From Balanoglossus misakiensis (Eukaryota; Animalia; Hemichordata): DNA of 64,000 nt. The stretch lies in assembly GCA_040954595.2 (NCBI GenBank), contig CM082598.2:4603097-4667096 (forward strand), written 5' to 3'. Shown here one piece after another: positions 26,107 through 40,318 of this stretch. A program made the translations under genes and the position numbers. The notes below the pieces were generated by a model. The model saw only the letters and a program-made list of their open reading frames with translations, was not told the origin of the DNA and made no database searches. Positions within the stretch are counted from its first letter, which is position 1. Every line of letters starts with the position of its first letter.

Positions 26107-26756
26107 CTACTATGTTCGAAGACAGAGAAAATTAAACAGAACGTTAGTGTGCTCGTACTTTGGTTCTAAATTACTGAGATTCCTACCTCGATTTACTTGC
26201 AATTACCGCATCACACCGTTGAGAGACCAGATTCTCTAGATCCTGTGACTGCAGGGAGCATGATCAACATTCTTGCAAAAAGAATGTGGTGTTTGAGAAA
26301 ATCGGATTCATCAGACGAGCTGTGGCCGTTTCAATTGGTTTCCACTTGAATGATTATCGAACGAAGGAACACGTGATCTAGATAAAGCCTCATAATCGTC
26401 TGGGTGATTCTAAATGGTGAGTCTGCTATTAACCCTATCACCCCTATTTCCCTGTACAGTGGTCCAACATCGCCATTGAGAACAATGTAGTTGGACTAAA
26501 CCACGTTGGCGCAAGGGTCGATCAATAACACATACCCTAGGGGACCATCAACACTTTCTGAGAAAGCATATTCAAAGAAAATTCATACATCTCCTGTGCT
26601 TCATGTTACGATCAATGGTGCAAAACGATACTGAATAGACACTTTAACAAAGGACATGCATGCTTGTTAGAGACATATTCGCAATACACTTGATCTAGAA
26701 GCCCTTTTAAAACTGTCAAAACAAAGCTTTTAAAATCATTGAACTTTTCAGTGAAT

Positions 26757-26970
26757 GCATTTAAGTTCAATTTAAAGTGGAAGTCATACATCAATGTATA
26801 AAGAAACCATGGTGAGTAAACCACAGAATCGAAAATAATTTACGCCCATTTAAAATCGTCAAAACAAAATTGAATTTATCTTCGACTGCATTTAAGTTTG
26901 TCAATTTCAAATGGAAATGAGACATCAATTTATAATGTAACCATGACGAGTAAACATCAGAATCGAAACT
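26757..26970. repeat. Diverged ~130-bp-period direct duplication
   Basis: tgcatttaagtt...acatcaat.tataa...aaccatg..gagtaaac..cagaatcgaaa occurs twice. Confidence 0.7.
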
Positions 26971-28394
26971 ACTCTTGCTTATATCTATAAGAGGTCAAAC
27001 ATTCTCGTTTCCTGAATAACTTCATACGTCAACAAGGTAACTTGGTTTGATGTGATGGTATATGAGATATATCATATGACCATACCATACGATACAGTAT
27101 AACAAGATCATATATGGGTATATGATATGATGGTTACAAAATCTTGTAGACATTACATATCATGTTGCATCGCACAGTATCATCACATATCATTTTCTAT
27201 TCCTTGTATTGCTATTATATCGTATGTATATTGCCCTGCGACATGAAAAAGGCACCCAAACATCAACGAGATGCACGTGAAATTAGAGAGCTCTTAAATA
27301 TGTTGCCTTAAGGGTACTCCAGACTGCACTGATATTTGATGGGAGGTTTCTTTCTTTCTTTCGCTTCAAGTGTCCTATTCATATCACAATAAAACCAATC
27401 GTTTGTATACCGGTATGTCATGCGTGCGCATGTTCAAAATTCACTTTCCATCATTAACAAATTTAGAGTTTAGACAAATGTTCTTAGTATTTTTACATGC
27501 TGACATCAATGAACACAAGCGTTCAGGGGAAAGAACTAAGCTCAAATTGCATTGAGAACAGACGAAGTATGATATTAATTCAATAAGCTAACAGTAACTC
27601 TGAACAGGGTTCCTGGTTTTATATTACAAGCAAAGAATGTTTCGGGGTTCACTGAAGATTATATTTCTTAAGTGAAAATCTTGTTTCCTTCCTTTCGCGG
27701 AAAACATCACCGAAATCGCGAACAATTAGAGCCACCTTTTTCGTCAGCCATCTTTTGTGGAAAATCCTGCTTCGTGAGTTATTCGGTTTCTATTCTCTTT
27801 TGTTTAACATCAAGTGTGTTCGCGGCTACTTTTATCGAACACACGTTCCCAGTTTATGCTTGGTTGATCTTATGTCCTGCTCAATGAGAAGTGTACGCCA
27901 AATAGGGCAAGAGTTGTCCTGCACTGAAAGAAAGTCTTTCATGTCGACAAAGCGTGACTTGGGCATTAACAGTCTGTCTATTACCGGCAGGCACGTAGTC
28001 GAAATACAAGCAGATTTGAATATTTGAATCACAGCAAAATTCTATTGAAATCTCCTCCATAATAAATATACTGCTCCAAGTGACAGAAAAGGGTAATGAC
28101 CAGTAAACATTATAAATAACAAGTACAATCAATGTAGGTGCAAATTTGACTCTACAACCATGTGCAGTCACTGATGTGATATACCACCATGCTGAGACAA
28201 GAAATTATATTACTCGTACTAGATAAACTAATTTTGTCACCACAAAATACCAAATGTAAAATCTGGCCTGTTTATTCCACGTTTATTCCACAGATAACCT
28301 CCATGTAATGTATTTTTAGATGGCAATTGGCAAACTTTGGGCATACATAAACTATCAATGTCTAGCGTATACAAACACACAAAGTAAAGTCAGG

Positions 28395-29642
28395 TATAAG
28401 TCTTGCAAGGAGCATCCAGAAGACGCGTATTGATCTATATGTGCATGTCTATACATATTGAATGGATATTCAAATGGACTAAGTGCCAGTGTAGAGGCCA
28501 ATATATAAAATCAGATGAGGCCAGGCAAACACATGTAGACAAACTATAAAGGCAGGTATATTAAGTCTTGCTAGGAGCATTCAGCAGATGTGTCTTGATC
28601 TGTATATGTCTATACATATTGAATGGATATTCAAATGGACTAAGTAAACGATAAACGTGCCAGTGTAGAGGCCAATATATAAAATCAGATGAGGCCAGGC
28701 AAACACATGTAGACAAACTATAAAGGCAGGTACATGTGCATATAAGTCTTGCTAGGAGCATTCAGCAGATGTGTCTTGATCTGTATATGTCTATACATAT
28801 TGAATGGATATTCAAATGGACTAAGTAAACGATAAACGTGCCAGTGTAGAGGCCAATATATAAAATCAGATGAGGCCAGGCAAACACATGTAGACAAACT
28901 ATAAAGGCAGGTATATTAAGTCTTGCTAGGAGCATTCAGCAGATGTGTCTTGATCTGTATATGTCTATACATATTGAATGGATATTCAAATGGACTAAGT
29001 AAACGATAAACATGCCAGTGTAGAGGCCAATATATAAAATCAGATGAGGCCAGGCAAACACATGTAGACAAACTATAAAGGCAGGTACATGTGCATATAA
29101 GTCTTGCTAGGAGCATTCAGCAGATGTGTATTGATCTATATATGTCTATACATATTGAATGGATATTCAAATGGACTAAGTAAACGATAAACGTGCCAGT
29201 GTAGAGGCCAATATATAAAATCAGATGAGGCCAGGCAAACACATGTAGACAAACTATAAAGGCAGGTACATGTGCATATAAGTCTTGCTAGGAGCATTCA
29301 GCAGATGTGTATTGATCTATATATGTCTATACATATTGAATGGATATTCAAATGGACTAAGTAAACGATAAACGTGCAGTGTAGAGGCCAATATATAAAA
29401 TCAGATGAGGCCAGGCAAACACATGTAGACAAACTATAAAGGCAGGTACATGTGCATATAAGTCTTGCTAGGAGCATTCAGCAGATGTGTCTTGATCTAT
29501 ATATGTCTATACATATTGAATGGATATTCAAATGGACTAACTAAACAATAAACGTGCCAGTGTATATCAGAGGCCAGTATATAAAATTAGAAGAGGCCAG
29601 GCAATGGACAAAATGTAAAGGCAGGTATAAGCCCTGCTGGGA
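28395..29642. repeat. Tandem satellite, ~181-bp unit, ~7 copies
   Basis: The marker AAGTCTTGC recurs at 28398, 28563, 28744, 28918, 29099, 29280 and 29460 (spacings 165, 181, 174, 181, 181, 180). Central units are near-identical and edge units diverged. Confidence 0.95.
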
Positions 29643-29679
29643 GTAGAAGTGCACTGATTTCCTTGACAGCTGCTTCAAG

Positions 29680-30050
29680 GCACCGCACAATGCACTAAAG
29701 AACATGGGCCATCAATCTCTTTAGAAAGTACAGAAGTCGCAGCGAAAGCCATCAGAAAGTGGATGAACCTCGCAGCACAATGACTGCGCAGCGTTCCCTT
29801 ATTGACGAGAGCGGGAGCGCCAGCTCGCACCAGCTGCGACCGCGACGCTGCGCATTTAACGCCCGCCTCTGAAGATGAACACATTAAGTTTTATAAGCGG
29901 ACAGGAAATCTGCACTGACAGACAGCGCGGCAGCAAACACCCCGCAAATGCTCATTAATAAACATCTTTACCGTTACCAGGTTACTCCTTAATGTTCGGC
30001 TAATCCTTTCTGTATACGGGCGGAGGAAGAAAGAACAAACGACTATTGGA
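29680..30050. promoter_or_regulatory. CpG/GC-rich island next to the satellite; possible intronic promoter or enhancer
   Basis: Dense CGCG/GCGC runs (cgcgacgctgcgc, tgcgcagcg) with no credible ORF. Confidence 0.3.
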
Positions 30051-31309
30051 AAGTAAAACTACTGTAAAACGGGAAATTTTCGCGAACATTTAATTTTCGT
30101 TAACTTCGCAACCAAAAAAGCGATACTAAATAGTCACTAAAGAACAATATGTGCATCAAACACGGTTTGTAGGAATAATCCCTAAATTATCCATCAGAAT
30201 GTAACAACAAGATATTACTCAGTTTGGTTATGGACACAAATTGAAATGTTCATAGCAAAATGGTAATATGCTTTACTTTTCTGTAATGATACTACTTCCA
30301 AAAAAACATTGCTATTTGTAGAATTTCCAGGTATATATTCTGAGTAGACTATTAGACTGGTTTTACAAATACGTTTATGTCTTCACTTCATACGTCCATA
30401 ATATGAAATGAACTTCTAAGATGTCGACACAATAGCGCAGACTAGGGAACACAATGTTACGTGACGCACATATCGAATGCGCATCGCCGTTAAAAGCTTT
30501 GCTAATTGAAAACCGGCCATGTTTGTATACGTCTGGTTTCTAAGCGATTCCGAGAAAGCAAAGCCTCAGAGAACGTCTTTCCGGAGAAGTCGGAGAATAC
30601 GTCACTTTACGCCGAAACATCAGCTGTACCGACATTAACAGTTGCACAAAAGGTGTCTTGCTTTCACACTGAAATGAACACACCCAGGTCGTGCAGATGG
30701 CGTATGGCACTTACAATGCACCGACTTCAACACGTGAAATTGATTTCAACTGACATTTTACCACACCAGATAGTAGAAACTAAGGTAATCACACTTTCAT
30801 TGTACTGGAAGGTACGTCTGGACTACCTCAAATGAAAAGGTTTCTCTGAAGCAAATTTTCCTGGAAATATAACGCCTAGACAATCTTTCACAGTTTGCTA
30901 GATTATATCAAATGCTTAGTTCAGTTCTGTCAAAGTCAATAGAACACAAACAGGTCCATTTGCATTGTCACAGGCAGAAATTGAACGCTCTTCACTTCAG
31001 TTTTCTGACTTTACAAATACAAGAGTAAGCTCTTTATACCCATGAATCGCTAGAGGATATTATTTCATGCAACTTGCTCATGGACACATCAGAAGCATTT
31101 ATGAAACAAATTTCCCTGAACAATCTAATAGCCAACACCTGGACAGCAGTTAATATCAGCTGCAAAAATGCCACGTACATCTAAGAGAATATAGTCGAGT
31201 TGAACGAACTACTGCATGAATTCTTCATCTACATAAATTTAAAAAAAGCCAACCAGAATATAATCTACATGCTGTCCGAATCAAGTTCAGTATAAAAAGA
31301 CTTGTAAGT

Positions 31310-31501
31310 TTAAAGGTCTGATCGCCCATGGAAAATTAGCTATAGTTAACATGGTAAAATTGAGATCTAGCCAATCACAGATTTTCAGTGGGTGGCACAC
31401 GCGAAAAAAACAGCGCCACCATATGTTCTTTAGAACACTCAAATACGCCATTTCAACCATATATGGCCGTATGTAAATTGGAGGTGACTGTATACCTTAA
31501 A
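31310..31501 (-). mobile_element. MITE family B copy
   Basis: Reverse-complement body, ends GGTGACTGTATACCTTAA. Confidence 0.8.
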
Positions 31502-33574
31502 ATGACTGTACATTACTATGCATCATTATCTTGAACGACACATATACTCAACATGTTTACATGCGCTCTTCAGTTGGTAAAGCCCACATCTACAATGATC
31601 AGTTCTGTTTTAATAGCACCACTCGGTAAGTAACGAGCTTCAGCGAAATGGGACTGACAAAAAAAACAGCAGCAGTTTTACTGACTTGACCGACCAGTAT
31701 CCTTGACAACGGCGGGACGTACCGAAATACCCCCTTGATGTTTCCATTCAAATGCCAGAGAATACGGAATGCAAGTGAATACCGTACAATGACAGAGGAG
31801 AGGCCTACTGGAAGTAAAAAGAAAATGTCAAATAACAAAGAAACTGAGATTCAAAGACACCGTGACATTCACAAATGGTGAGATGCAGTTGTTTCAAATC
31901 AAGATGTCGATGGATTGTCTTTTATATCTCTCAAATTACAATTTATAGATCATATATTTCACGACGGCCCTACCGTCTGCAACCAGCTCAACTGTGACTG
32001 TTTTATTCAAAGTAAATCAAATCTCTGCGCAAGGCACCCGCGATATTAACGGACGTCATCAATTTAATGGAACGATGTCAGAATGCTCTGACCTTCAACT
32101 GAAACGCCACAACAGTTAATGCCTTCAATCGCGTTTTTCATTTGCAAGAAAATTACAAGTGGACATATATTCACCGTGTAACAAAATATAACGCAAAGAA
32201 TTCCTTGTATGCTTGCAACATATAATCATATGACATTTACAAATAATTATGAATTATGCACAAACAATATCCACCCATCATTTTCCAATTCATCAATACC
32301 AGCGATGTTATATTGGACAAAATATCTGCCACAAAGACAATGTTTCCAATAACGTGAAAAGATCATGCCTGTTTGGTTTTAATTCCATCTGATTTCTAAA
32401 TGTCAAAGATGCGCGGTTTCCTTTATAGTCCCAGAGAATGCCAGCCAGCTTTCTCGCAAATGCCTGTGAGTTTACATCTAGTACCGGTATGTCTGGCAAT
32501 TTACAATCTTTCAGTATGGCCCGAGGTGTACATCAGTTACCTGCATGATCATTCTATGGTGTGGATAATTGTGAATGAACAATATCAGCCAAACTGCTTC
32601 ACGATTTCTAAACGAACATACAGACTTATGAAAATCAAATTAGATTGCATACTTTTTGGAGGGAATTACAGAAATATAAGGCAGTCCAAATCAATAGGAA
32701 TTTCACACATTTTGCAATTTTAAAGCATTCTCACATTAGGTTGTTGACTTGATAGGAAAATAACTTATTTAGTGAAAATACGATATTATCTTGGTTTAAA
32801 GTTTTGAACTGAAAAATTGCCAGGCTTTGCATTTCTGAGGTGTGGATCACACCATACACATACTACCGGTATGGTTGGTTTGTGTATTAAGGCAGATAAT
32901 GCTTTTAAATTCAGTAATGTCAACTATCCAGGATATTGCATCCTGAGAAAGGATCTACAGAAATTGATACAGAAATCATGGCTCTGACCTTGAGGGTGTG
33001 GTAGCGGTATGTGATACACTTCTTTTCTGGGATAATCCAAGTGATGTACGACGCGAGTAGAATAGGTAATTATTACAAGAGGCGATTAAGGATATCTTAA
33101 AAATTCATGCTGTGGTCGAGGGTGAACATAAAATGTCCATCAATTCTCAGGCCTCGTTTTAATCACCGTCTCGTCTCGCCTACTTGATGATGCGAAAGCT
33201 GAGTACCAGGCACAGACTTATACTCGTGGATGACTGTTCTGTGCTTCTGAGACAATTTGTTGATTTTCTTTACATTTCTCTATGTGTTTTTGCTTTGTTT
33301 TGTTTTGTTTTGCTTTGCTTATCTTTGACTTCTTCATTACCTGATGTCCATAGAGTTCTTTATTATTCAATTTTGAGCATTCTACTCTTGTGGCGGCCTA
33401 TATTCAGGTCCATGTTGGCATGGCGACATTGCATTGTACGATCAGTAAAATAGAAAGGATTATTGTCATCACTTTTAATTGTGGATTTTTGGATTCTCCT
33501 TTGTCATTAAAAAAAGTCTTGAATCTTGAATTATTATGGGACAGAAGAATTGCAACGTACTTCGACTATGAATT

Positions 33575-33880
33575 TTGAACACATCAAACATTACCCTGAG
33601 ATAAACTGTATCACAATTCACAGACATTTCTTGTCTTGTGTCCATGACATGGTTTCAAATTCTTATGAGATTGGAGAACTTCAACTTTAAACTGTGAACA
33701 CATCAAACATTACCTTAAGATACACTGTGACATGTAACCTCATGTATATTGTCCAGAAGATATCACAGGCATTTTTCATTGTGTGCCAACACATATTTTA
33801 ATCCACTAATTAAGGGATTGGAGAATTGTACCTTAAATCAACTCTAAATTTTTAACACATCAAACAATACCCTAAGAGAA
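33575..33880. repeat. Degenerate tandem repeat, 3 copies of AACACATCAAACA(T/A)TACC
   Basis: Motif at ~33578, ~33697 and ~33854. Confidence 0.65.
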
Positions 33881-35606
33881 GTATGACATGTACCGGTAAA
33901 CACCATTCATAAGACAACACTGAAGACAGATCTGCATCCTCAGCAGGTACAACAGTAAAAGTTTATTGCGCTGTAAATGGCAAAAAAGAGCTGCATGAAT
34001 TATTGAGCCGTGCTATGATCACACATCCTTGACATTGTATGCCTCATCCCCAACTGTGTCACAAGGAGAAAATTTGCTTCATTTTTTCCACCATCAAAAT
34101 ACGACGTTTGCTCATTATGTTCCATATAAATATTAGATAAACACTCCCACTGACATTTTGCAATGTAATAAACATATACCCAAAACATGTCAATGCCCTA
34201 GCACCAAAAATCAAGCTGCTTATGTTTACTATTGTCTAGTCAAAGAAGATTCATAGAAGTCATTTTTGCAATAGGTAACTGAGAATTTGTGTCAAGATGG
34301 TCCTTGGCAATATTGTGAGTAACAAGCAGAACCCAGTTGGATGATTCATCAAATATTGAGAGGTGGGAATGTTATCAAGACGCCATAATGTAGGCCTTGA
34401 ATACACCCTTATATGTCAGCACCTAACAAGTGAAGCGCAATATGAATCAATAAAATATGGGATGCTGGCCTTTTGAAAACCATTAATAGTACTTATCCTT
34501 CCATCGTTCCCTGGAAGGCTCTGCTGTAAGGCTGTCAACAGAGCTGATGACAGCTTCAATTGAAAAGTACGTGTCACTTTTCAAGAAGAGTCTATACTAC
34601 AGCCAGCATTTCTTTGAGACCTTGCATCCTGACATTTACAACAATGGAACCAGAGTGGGTTATATACCGGCATATACACAAGGACACATCGGTGAATTAA
34701 GATAATTAAAAGGTGCTCATATATGTTGCTCGCAAGTATGGTATGACTACACATGCCTTTCAACACCTGGTTGTCAGAAGTAACAGTTTTGGGAAAACCA
34801 AAATCCCACCAGTGACACATGCAGCTATAAATATATACATACTATCTTGAATAATACAGAAAAATTCTCTCGTCACACAACAACAAAGTTATTTAAAATT
34901 TGCACAATTTAATACACAGAAATGTTGTTCATCACCTCAATTATTTTAGAAACGTCAGATCTCTCCATTTTATGGAAACTGATTCCAGTGGTGAATTATT
35001 AAATCAAGCCGTACGGTCACAAAAATTCCAAGTGAGCTACCCAGTTTGGCCTTAATACTCTGCCGGGCGTTGGATTAAGGCTAATTGAGATGGATGTTGA
35101 TTCTTGTCTAAATTTGGGAAAGTACTTGTATGACGGGATTTGATCAATCGCCTGCGCAAACACAAATGGGATCAAAACAGAGTTTGTATCTAAACCTGGC
35201 GGGAATATCGGCAACAAGGTGGCTGCATGCGCATTTAATCATTTCGCAAAGGGCATTTCCATGTCAATTACATTCACGGCGGATACATCACAATTAAGTA
35301 GGCGCCAAATGATCGGAGTGCGTTTCGCGAACTCTGCCACCTGACATGATTTTCACATTGGCAGCCTTTGTTGGCATGCATGTTGAAGGAAATTACTGCC
35401 ATGGTCCCCAGCTTGGATACCAACTTATATGTTACAGTTATTTTTCCGTGCACACATACACGTGCGTACACATCCACAAGCACACATGAATTTATAGCAT
35501 AATAATTCCACTTCTGCACCATCTGATCTGAATTAACTACGTACTCAAATACACAGAATAGTGACAATTTTTCAATTTGAGGCTATTTGGCCGTATCATT
35601 CAAATA

Positions 35607-35766
35607 TAGTCAAACCTGTCCATAGTCATGGCCAGTCAAGGGACTTTCCTAAACTGGCCTTTATAGACAGGTGGCCTTTATAGACAGGAATGCACAAAGT
35701 CAATTAAACAGGGAGTGTGACACAGTGGTCACAATATTGAGGTGGCCACTAACACAGGTTTGACTA
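35607..35766. mobile_element. Family E-related MITE
   Basis: TA|TAGTCAAACCTGT...ACAGGTTTGACTA|TA; internal tggcc..tttatagacagg repeats. Confidence 0.7.
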
Positions 35767-36038
35767 TACATGAATTTGCACGGTGACCCCACAAAATTTA
35801 TTTTTATTCTCAATTTCAAGAGAGAATGATATTGAGCAAAATAAGAGAGAAAATGTTTAAGACTTTGGTTTTCCAGATGCATATTACCTTAAAGGAACAA
35901 TCAATATTCAATGCCACTCTTCCCTGTCTCTCAGTCTCGATCGCCCCTAGCAACCGTCAGCTAATGCCCGGACATAATTGGGAAGATTCCGCAGCTCAGA
36001 GGAAATAGAATACTAAACTAGCAAAGCTTCAAACCTAC

Positions 36039-36123
36039 CTGGATTCTCAGAAAAGGTCACCTTCTTCTAGTCCATCTGCTTCTTCCCCTTTGATTTGACT
36101 GTCAGCCAGGTCGTTGTCATGAC
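36039..36123 (-). other. Candidate 85-nt cassette exon carrying stops (GHDNDLADSQIKGEEADGLEEGDLF* in phase 1)
   Basis: Acceptor tttttatcttaaag, donor CAG|gtaggt, purine-rich GAAGAA-containing exon-like interior. All three frames contain stops. Confidence 0.35.
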
Positions 36124-38386
36124 CTTTAAGATAAAAATTTACATATCCACAGTCAATCAACTGACATACACGTACATGTGTAGCCTTGTCTAAGACCTGC
36201 ACTGATTGTAAATAAGATCGCTGGAAAAATACTGGTACAGCAATCACTGTGACAGTAAAATTTGTGTTTGCAGTTACTTGCTTCTAAAGTAATAGCCACA
36301 ACCTGGGTTAAAAAAAACTATATATTAAATCGGTTTTCAAATAATACATATTCAAGCCCGCTGATGAGAAAATAGGTTTCCAACCAACCCAATTAGACCA
36401 GTCTGGTCACACCTTCATAGCATATAAAAATATCAACAAATTGCACAAGAGACATATAACAAAAGTACAGGCTGGGTCACATCAAACAATAGTGGTAATT
36501 AGGTAATTAACAGTTAATGGCACAAATATTGAATTGTCAGCCTGATGTTATAGCTAATCAGACAAGAACACTTGGTTTACCGTATGATATAGATTTGGAC
36601 TTTACAAGTGTGTATAAGGAGTATTATATTGTGTTTTCAAGAAGAACCCATCTTGGACCAGACAGTCATGTTACTATGGTAATATATGCATGTCTAGTTA
36701 CTATGGTAACACGTGAAGAGGTAATGCATAGAAGAGATACACTGTAAGTACTGTGCCGTAGCAAATGTAGTTCACGAGTATATGTATATCAACTGCATAC
36801 GTGGACGTCATCCATGCAACCACCTCACGCATGCAATGTCGTCATGCCAACATGGACCTGAATATAGGCCACCACAAGAGTAGAATGCTCAAAATTGAAT
36901 ACTGAGGAGCTCTATGGACACCAGGTAATGAAGAAGTCAAAGATAAGCAAAGCAAAAAATATATGTGTGTATTTCTATACATGTTCACATATAACTTGCA
37001 TATAGTTTTACTTATACAGGTATTCAATACAGCTTTTACATTTATTGATAAGGACTTGACAAGTGATTTTATCTTCTTCAGGGAAATTAGATAGTTATAT
37101 GATAAAGTCTTGTGACAAAACCAATTTCTATCATATCCATGTTTGTCAAATACAATTATATCAGCAAGTCAGAACTAATACCCCATCTTATAAGATATTC
37201 TCAGCAGGGAATACGTTATTCTTTGTTCCATTTTCATATTACAAAGAAATTCCATCAAGCTCTCTCAATCGCATATTAATATTTCATTACAAACATAAGC
37301 GGCTTAATTTTGTTTATTCAATTTTCTATGAGAGAAGCGCCCTCTGTAATGACTAGATTAAAAAGCCTTGGAAATTTATACTGGTCTTTTTTAGGTTTAT
37401 ACCGGTATGCATGGTTTTATTTTTTCTTTTACATAACAGTGCTTCAGGCAGACTATACGGTTTCTTAAAACATGTCTGCTCTCAAATGTGAATAGTCTTG
37501 CTACAAAATTCTGATTTTTATGTAATTTTAGACGTTAAAATTGACAAATATCAAGGGGACTCCACTATTCTCAGTCTTCTGAAAGGATTTTGTATGATTG
37601 AATAACTGAATATACGTTTCCAGATTTTGGTAGTCAACAATGCACACCAGCAAAGATATCTGGTCGAATAAGTTATAACTATAACCATGTAAAGCAGAAT
37701 TCTTCACATTTTCTGCAAATCAATTTCCATATTTTATCACATCAATCTACATTTGTCCAGCTGTGCATTGACCATTAAATGTTACCTGCAGGCCAACTAA
37801 CTAAATTGATTTCACCGATATAAAAACCTCATATTAAATACCATCACTCTTTTTTCTAAAGTACTCTTCTTCAATTTCAATTATTACAAAACCACCTTTG
37901 ACTATCACATGATTCATTTTAATAAGCCATCTAAAATTAACAATCCAAACATCACAACAAATTATAAATCAAATACTATCCAACTATGGTCACATCCTTT
38001 TTCCCAGTCATGAATTTTCAATAGTCAGTGCTTTACTTTATAATATTCCTGAAAATATGTGCTCAATGAGGTCAAAAAGTTCATTAACAAACAAATGAAA
38101 TCTTTCCTATAACAAGTACAGTTTGAATATTTTTTTTGTATTTATTATTACTAACAAGTGTTCAACTGTTTATGTAAATACATCACCATGAGAAGGGGGT
38201 GGACTTGACTAGTGCGATTGCACTATTTTCCAACCTCCTATTCACTTTATCAGTACATTGTATTGTATTCTTAACCATTCGATGTAAACACAAGTGAATT
38301 AAAGTGAATAAAATTGAATTGAATATTAATCATACAGAGCTGCAGAGCTTCACAGAGCTCAATCCCAGAGACACTCAACCAGGATG

Positions 38387-38579
38387 TTAAAGGTATACAG
38401 TCACCTCCAATTTACATACGCCCATATATGACTGAAATGGCGTATTTGAGCGTTCTAAAGAACATATGGTGGCACTCTTTTTTTTTCGCGTGTGCCACCC
38501 ACTGAAAATCAGTGATTGGCTAGATCTCAATTTGCCATGGTAACTATAGCTAGGTTTCCAGGTGACCGTATACCTTTAA
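38387..38579 (+). mobile_element. MITE family B (~185 bp, TTAA TSD, AGGTATACAGTCACC..GGTGACCGTATACCT; Kolobok-like termini)
   Basis: TTAA|AGGTATACAGTCACC ... GGTGACCGTATACCT|TTAA. A TTAA TSD with RR..YY termini is the Kolobok signature. Confidence 0.8.
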
Positions 38580-40318
38580 CAGTCACCTATCCAGGCCATG
38601 CATAAACCATAGCTGCACCCACATGTCCATGCAACATTCATACATTCACATACAATGACTACATAACACATAGCCACCAGGCACAGAGAGAAACACGAAC
38701 ACCTCAATACCATTCATTTCTTGCATGAATAAAACAAGTTCTTTACCATATTCATATGCACGAACAACTTTCTCGAGTCAATGTGCTGAATATGGCATTA
38801 TTCGAAGTATGTGACAGACATATCTTCCAACCTGAAGGCAAAAGAAATGCATGCAAACTATAATCAAATCTTCAAGTATCCCTATACTCATAGGATTATC
38901 ACATTCCCTTAAGACACTCAGAAGGGCTGATTTGAAGAAGCAATTTATCGACGAAATCGACTTATATTTTTCTTTTATTCGGATCACTGTAACCCCCACC
39001 TTTACCAACAGAGATGTTGATGAGTGGGGCCAAGTATTGGAAGAGATTGTTTTCCCTTACGTAAACTTATGCTGCCCCGGGACACTGAAATCTTTTATAC
39101 AATGCGGCATGCTTTAATGTCGTGGCTTTAATAGATCATTAAAATGAATATCTCCCACAAGCCAGACATAACAGATATGGGCAAATTCACATAGATCGCA
39201 ACTACAACACAGCAAATGCAAATACCACAAGTCTGTTGAATATTTGGTCCAACTACGACAAAAAATACCCTATTAGCAGATATGAACATCTTAGATGTCC
39301 AATTTACTGTAACTAGACTATAGTATAATGCTTCATAAAGATTTAATCACAAGAAAAGTTTCACTCGATAATGAAAAGAACTTTACAAACTGTACCCTAG
39401 AGCTCATTGTATTTTTACAGTTTAGGAATATGATACTAATGGGAAACCAAGCATCTATGTAATCAACTTTCAAAAAGAAATTCAGGTCTTTTATATACCC
39501 AGTTGAGTTACTTTAAAGCTAATTTTCGTTACATCGGATTTAATAAGGATGAAATGTCTTCTTTACCTGTGGCAGTATTTCCACATCAAAAATGAGCTTC
39601 AGATCAATTATATTCGGAGTACACGTTTCTTTATGATCACTTACTTTGAATAAATACCCTCATGCAATTAGTCGGTTTATGACAACATGAATGTGTTCGG
39701 TCAGCAGACATGAACCGTTTCCATGGAAACGATTTTCGTTTGCGAGACGGTTGCATACGAAATGATGTAATGGCGTATATCACAACGAAGTTATTCTCAT
39801 CCTAGTCTAATGGTGATGCTTTGACATTTCAGATGGGAAAGACTGAGTGAATCTACAAAGACATTTTTTAACAAATTCAATGCATGCTACATTCAGCGTC
39901 AGCAAGTATTTAATCAGGATCAAGGCCTACAATTCAAACAGAAATAATGGCAATACCGTTTTTCAGAAAGGACATATAACAAAAACATACAGCGTCCAAA
40001 GCACTTTTAATGACAAACGGTAAACTGTTTTGATCACAAATAAGGCATCACCTTCCATCTTTACAAAAAATATTTTGTAGACATCTATAGAATTCTATAG
40101 CCTACTGAAATTCTATAGAAGTTCTATGGAAATCTATAGATTTCTATGTAGTTTTGGACCTTCTTTCCTATTGAATTCACATGGTTAGAAACACGGATCA
40201 AAAACTATTACCCCCCCCCCCCCCACCTCCAGAACTTTATCTACGGGGATTAAAAGGGAGGAAAAAACACGGAAATCATCTGAAATTCCCAGGAAACCTC
40301 GTTATTTCAATCACTCAC

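Larger units (their letters stand above)
33310..36956. repeat. Inverted repeat pair, ~125 bp each (33310-33434 and 36831-36956)
   Basis: tttgctttgcttatctttgacttcttcattacctg...ggtccatgttggcatggcgacattgcat versus its reverse complement, with few mismatches. Confidence 0.85.

Noticed and set aside
27050-27235. Degenerate GATAT/ATATC pentamer tract
   Set aside because: Decayed simple repeat with no further structure.
28395-29642. Regularly spaced repeats resembling a CRISPR array; identical 66-aa ORFs
   Set aside because: The whole unit repeats with no unique spacers, there are no cas genes, and the context is eukaryotic.
35030-35330. TAAT/GGATTA-rich enhancer-like patches (also ~23640-23840)
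   Set aside because: Short AT-rich motifs are expected by chance, and conservation data would be needed.
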